This document shows positions 60,795 through 64,000 of a stretch of DNA of 64,000 nucleotides, piece by piece. How positions within the stretch are numbered: the first letter of the stretch is position 1; every line of letters begins with the position of its first letter. Position numbers and translations under genes: made by a program. Under the pieces are notes generated by a model, which had not been told where the DNA came from, searched no databases, and was given only the letters and a program-made list of their open reading frames with translations. The stretch comes from Parasphingorhabdus sp. (GTDB taxonomy: Bacteria; Pseudomonadota; Alphaproteobacteria; Sphingomonadales; Sphingomonadaceae): assembly GCA_036963725.1 (NCBI GenBank), contig JBALUX010000001.1, positions 10,349 to 74,348 on the forward strand, written 5' to 3'.

Positions 60795-61583
60795 TTGAAG
60801 CACATCATTCTACCAACTTTACCACATTTTGCGGAAGCAGCAGCGCTGGAAGGCACCGGATTATCGGTCGTCTCGCTGACCAAAAAATTCGGAAAAAAGA
60901 CCGCCCTGAGCAATGTTTCGATCGAAGTCCGGCCATCGGAGGTTGTCGGCCTGCTCGGCCGCGACGGCGCGGGGAAGACCCTGACCTTCTATTCGATCCT
61001 TGGACTATTACGGATAAACGCGGGGCGTATTTTCCTGAATGGTGAAGATATAACAAGATTGCCTCTCGACCAGCGCGCGCTTCGCGGCTTGGGATATTTG
61101 CCACAGGAAGCCTCGATTTTCCGCGGCCTGACGGTCGAACAGAATGTCATGACTGTATTAGAACTCTTCGAGCACGATCCGGTTTTGCGAACGCAGAAAC
61201 TGGATGCCCTGCTAGAGGAGTTTCATATTGACTATGTCCGCCACACGCCGGCGCGGGCGCTGTCGGGCGGCGAAAGACGCCGGTGTGAAATCGCTAGGGC
61301 GATGGCAGCCGATCCGAGCATCATGCTGTTTGACGAACCTTTTGCCGGAATTGACCCGATGTCGGTCCGGGATATCAAGGCAATGATCGCCAATCTGGAA
61401 AGCCATGACGTCGGCATATTGATCACCGATCAGAATGTGCGCGAGATGGTCGATATTCTGGATCGGGTCTATGTTCTGCACGAAGGACAGATCGTGTTTG
61501 ACGGTACACCGGAGGCAATGCTGGAGGACAAGCTGGTCCGCCATTTATATCTCGGAGAGGAATTTCATGCCGCCGCTAGGTAA
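60795..61583 (+). CDS. LptB-like ABC ATPase paralogue (orphan; switch His replaced by Gln)
   Basis: GRDGAGKT, YLPQEASIFRGL, LSGGERRR, DEPFAGIDP, ITDQNVRE, YLGEEF; start uncertain. Confidence 0.85.
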   Translation: MKHIILPTLPHFAEAAALEGTGLSVVSLTKKFGKKTALSNVSIEVRPSEVVGLLGRDGAGKTLTFYSILGLLRINAGRIFLNGEDITRLPLDQRALRGLGYLPQEASIFRGLTVEQNVMTVLELFEHDPVLRTQKLDALLEEFHIDYVRHTPARALSGGERRRCEIARAMAADPSIMLFDEPFAGIDPMSVRDIKAMIANLESHDVGILITDQNVREMVDILDRVYVLHEGQIVFDGTPEAMLEDKLVRHLYLGEEFHAAAR

Positions 61584-61712
61584 CACTACGGATGGCTGGC
61601 AGACCGCCTTTCCTGCATTCACCACAAGAGTGATTTGGCGATAGCTTTCAGAGGAGAGATCATTTTTCCAGATGGCCTTCGCAGCAAAGATTTTCGAATT
61701 AGGAGAGACAAC

Positions 61713-62525
61713 ATGAAATCCGTTCTGCTTTTTGTAAATGATGATTCCGGACTTGATGCACGGTATCAGGCATCGCTGGATCTGACCCGCGCTCTGGACG
61801 GGCATCTCCATTGCCTGCGTGCCAATCCCTACAAACCCCAAATGGCTTTTGACGGCGTTACCGGCATGTCGGTCATGTACGACATCAGCAGATATGCAGA
61901 GGAAGCCGATGCGCTGCTCCAGGCGGAAATCGAAAAGCGGCTGGCAGGCGAAGACGTTCCGTGGGACTATCAGACCGCCAATGCAGAACCTGCCAGAGGG
62001 CTGTCACGACACTCGGCCTTGACTGATCTGATCGTGCTCAGTTCCTGTAGCGGCGTGAAAGACAATACCGAGCCACTCGGCATATTGGGTGACGTTATTT
62101 TCAGCACCAATATTCCGGTCGTCGTCCAGCCGGACAGTGTGAAGAAATTCGAAGCCGCAGGGCCGGTGGTGGTTGCCTGGAACGGCAGTTTCGAGGCTGG
62201 CAACGCCCTGCGCGCAGCCGTACCGCTGCTCAAACTGGCCAGTGATGTGCACATTGTCGTCGTCGAGGAAGAAAAGGATCACGATTTGCCGCCTCTGGAA
62301 GCTTCGGAATATCTGTCACGACATGGCATCAAGTCGAAGATTCACGAACTCGCGGCCGACAAATCTTCGGTACAGGCCGTCCTGCTGTCCACCGTCGATA
62401 CGCTAAACGCCGGTTACATGGTGATGGGAGCCTATGGTCATAGCCGGGCGCGCGAGTTTCTGTTTGGCGGCGTCACGCGCAATCTGTTCCGCGACTGCCC
62501 GATCCCGCTATTCGTCGCGCACTAA
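61713..62525 (+). CDS. Universal stress protein (tandem USP)
   Basis: VAWNGSFEA, VMGAYGHSRAREFLFGGVTR. Confidence 0.92.
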   Translation: MKSVLLFVNDDSGLDARYQASLDLTRALDGHLHCLRANPYKPQMAFDGVTGMSVMYDISRYAEEADALLQAEIEKRLAGEDVPWDYQTANAEPARGLSRHSALTDLIVLSSCSGVKDNTEPLGILGDVIFSTNIPVVVQPDSVKKFEAAGPVVVAWNGSFEAGNALRAAVPLLKLASDVHIVVVEEEKDHDLPPLEASEYLSRHGIKSKIHELAADKSSVQAVLLSTVDTLNAGYMVMGAYGHSRAREFLFGGVTRNLFRDCPIPLFVAH

Positions 62526-62558
62526 TCTTGGAAACCGCTTTCCCAGAGGAATATCAAG

Positions 62559-64000
62559 ATGAGTGGTGTAACGGTAAAATTTCATGGAGCGGCGGGAACC
62601 GTCACTGGCTCCTGTTTCGAAGTCACGGGTGCCGGCAAGACCATATTGGTTGATTGCGGCATGTTTCAGGGCACCCGTTCGCTCGAAGCACTGAACCATG
62701 AACAGCTTCCCTTTGATCCGAAAAAAATCGACGCGGTGCTGCTGACTCACGCGCATCTCGATCATAGCGGCCGGCTGGCCTATCTCTATGCCAGTGGCTG
62801 CAAGGCGAAAACCTATTGCACTCCACCGAGCGCCGATATCATCAAACCGCTATTGCAGGACGCAGCCAAGTTGCAGGCCGCCGATGTCGAGCGTCGCAAC
62901 CGCCGCGCGGACCGCGCCGGCCTGCCACCGTTCATCCCCCTCTATGATGGCAAGGACATCGCGAAACTGCACAAAAATGTCCGTGCGGTCACCTATTGCG
63001 CAGAAAATGACCTTGGCAACGGTGTGTCCTTTCGTTTCTGGGATGCGCGGCATATCGTCGGATCGGCTTCGATAGAGATCAATATCGCCGGACAGCGCCT
63101 GCTCTTCTCCGGCGATGTGGGGCCCGGTCGATCGATCAATTGTACAAGCTCGGAAATCGGTGGTTATGATCATGTAATCTGTGAATCGACTTATGGTGAC
63201 CGGGACCGCGAACTCATATTGGTCAGCGAGCGACGCGAAACATTGGCGCGCCATGTCGAGGAAGTGATGGCGGCGGGCGGCAATGTGCTGATCCCGGCTT
63301 TCGCACTGGAACGGACGCAGGCGATACTCGAGGATTTCGATGCTCTGTTCGAATCTGGACGCCTGCCCCCGATAAATGTGTTTCTGGATTCTCCTCTGGC
63401 CCAGAAAGTCACGATGGCGGTGATGCGCTATCGCGACAGTGGCACCGACATGCTGAAACGGACCAACATCCGGTTCATCGAGAATACGGCGGAATCCAAG
63501 AAGCTCAACCGGATGACCGGGGTGGTCATCATCGCCGGATCAGGCATGTGTACCGGCGGCCGGATCAGGCATCACCTGATCCGCAACCTGCCGCGAAGAC
63601 AGTCCCGGCTGTTGCTCTCCGGTTTTCAGGTTGCCGGAACCTTGGGCGCGGTGCTCCGGGATGGAGCAAAACGCGTCCGTATCTCCGGCAACGATGTGAT
63701 GGTGAAGGCGCAGGTCGCCATGCTTGACGGCTATTCCAACCATGCCGATCGTGGCGGTCTGGTGGAATGGGTCAAGGATCGCACACCGATCAGAGGATCG
63801 CTCTTTCTGGTCCATGGAGAGCAGAGCGCTCTTGCGGGTTTTGCCGAAGCCCTCGGAACCATTCCGGATCTGCCAGAAACGATTATCCCGAAACTGGGCG
63901 AGACCTGGGAATTGAAGCCCGGCAAAGCGGCAACCCGGTTGGCAGCTGGTCGACCCGATGCGGAAGACCTTACCGCTTCGCGCGACTGGATTTCCAAACT
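62559..64000 (+). CDS. MBL-fold beta-CASP ribonuclease-like protein, 3'-truncated (absent from ORF track because it has no stop in the window)
   Basis: MSGVTVKFHGAAGTVTGSC, DCGMFQG, THAHLDHSG, FSGD, ESTYGDR, PAFALERTQ, SGMCTGGRI, YSNHAD. Confidence 0.9.
   Translation, partial: MSGVTVKFHGAAGTVTGSCFEVTGAGKTILVDCGMFQGTRSLEALNHEQLPFDPKKIDAVLLTHAHLDHSGRLAYLYASGCKAKTYCTPPSADIIKPLLQDAAKLQAADVERRNRRADRAGLPPFIPLYDGKDIAKLHKNVRAVTYCAENDLGNGVSFRFWDARHIVGSASIEINIAGQRLLFSGDVGPGRSINCTSSEIGGYDHVICESTYGDRDRELILVSERRETLARHVEEVMAAGGNVLIPAFALERTQAILEDFDALFESGRLPPINVFLDSPLAQKVTMAVMRYRDSGTDMLKRTNIRFIENTAESKKLNRMTGVVIIAGSGMCTGGRIRHHLIRNLPRRQSRLLLSGFQVAGTLGAVLRDGAKRVRISGNDVMVKAQVAMLDGYSNHADRGGLVEWVKDRTPIRGSLFLVHGEQSALAGFAEALGTIPDLPETIIPKLGETWELKPGKAATRLAAGRPDAEDLTASRDWISK

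Overview
GC-rich alphaproteobacterial chromosome segment. Gene content and style suggest Sphingomonadales, which is an inference. 1-22.2 kb is mostly housekeeping (OYE, fadD-like ligase, DUF1013/TrcR, plcP-agt-like pair, clpA, YccA, sodC, folK) and also contains a bacterial lipoxygenase. A tRNA-Lys(TTT) at 22169-22244 anchors two tandem integrated islands, marked by a perfect 47-bp copy (34964-35010) and a degenerate copy (43565-43605) of its 3' half. Island 1 is visibly AT-richer, has no integrase and starts with a decayed IS3-like element. It carries the main finding: a lasso-peptide gene cluster whose 56-aa precursor (23821-23991) is missing from the ORF track. The precursor lacks the canonical Thr(-2) and ends in Ser. 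The cluster encodes RRE/B1, cyclase C, an inverted B2 peptidase and an unusually rich tailoring set: kinase, JmjC oxygenase, sulfotransferase-like protein, SdpA/SdpB(HTTM)-like pair, permease-ASPIC/UnbV fusion and a 2OG-Fe(II) oxygenase. Island 2 has a diguanylate cyclase and an esterase/metallophosphoesterase/GMC-hydrolase-fusion operon. Further downstream are a two-component system, a TPR-CHAT protease, a CsgG-like protein, a Slam (T11SS) with TbpB-like cargo, two L,D-transpeptidases, and a stress/hypoxia-type cluster with a repeated operator-like motif and an orphan LptB paralogue whose switch His is replaced by Gln. All calls come from reading motifs by eye; no database searches were run.
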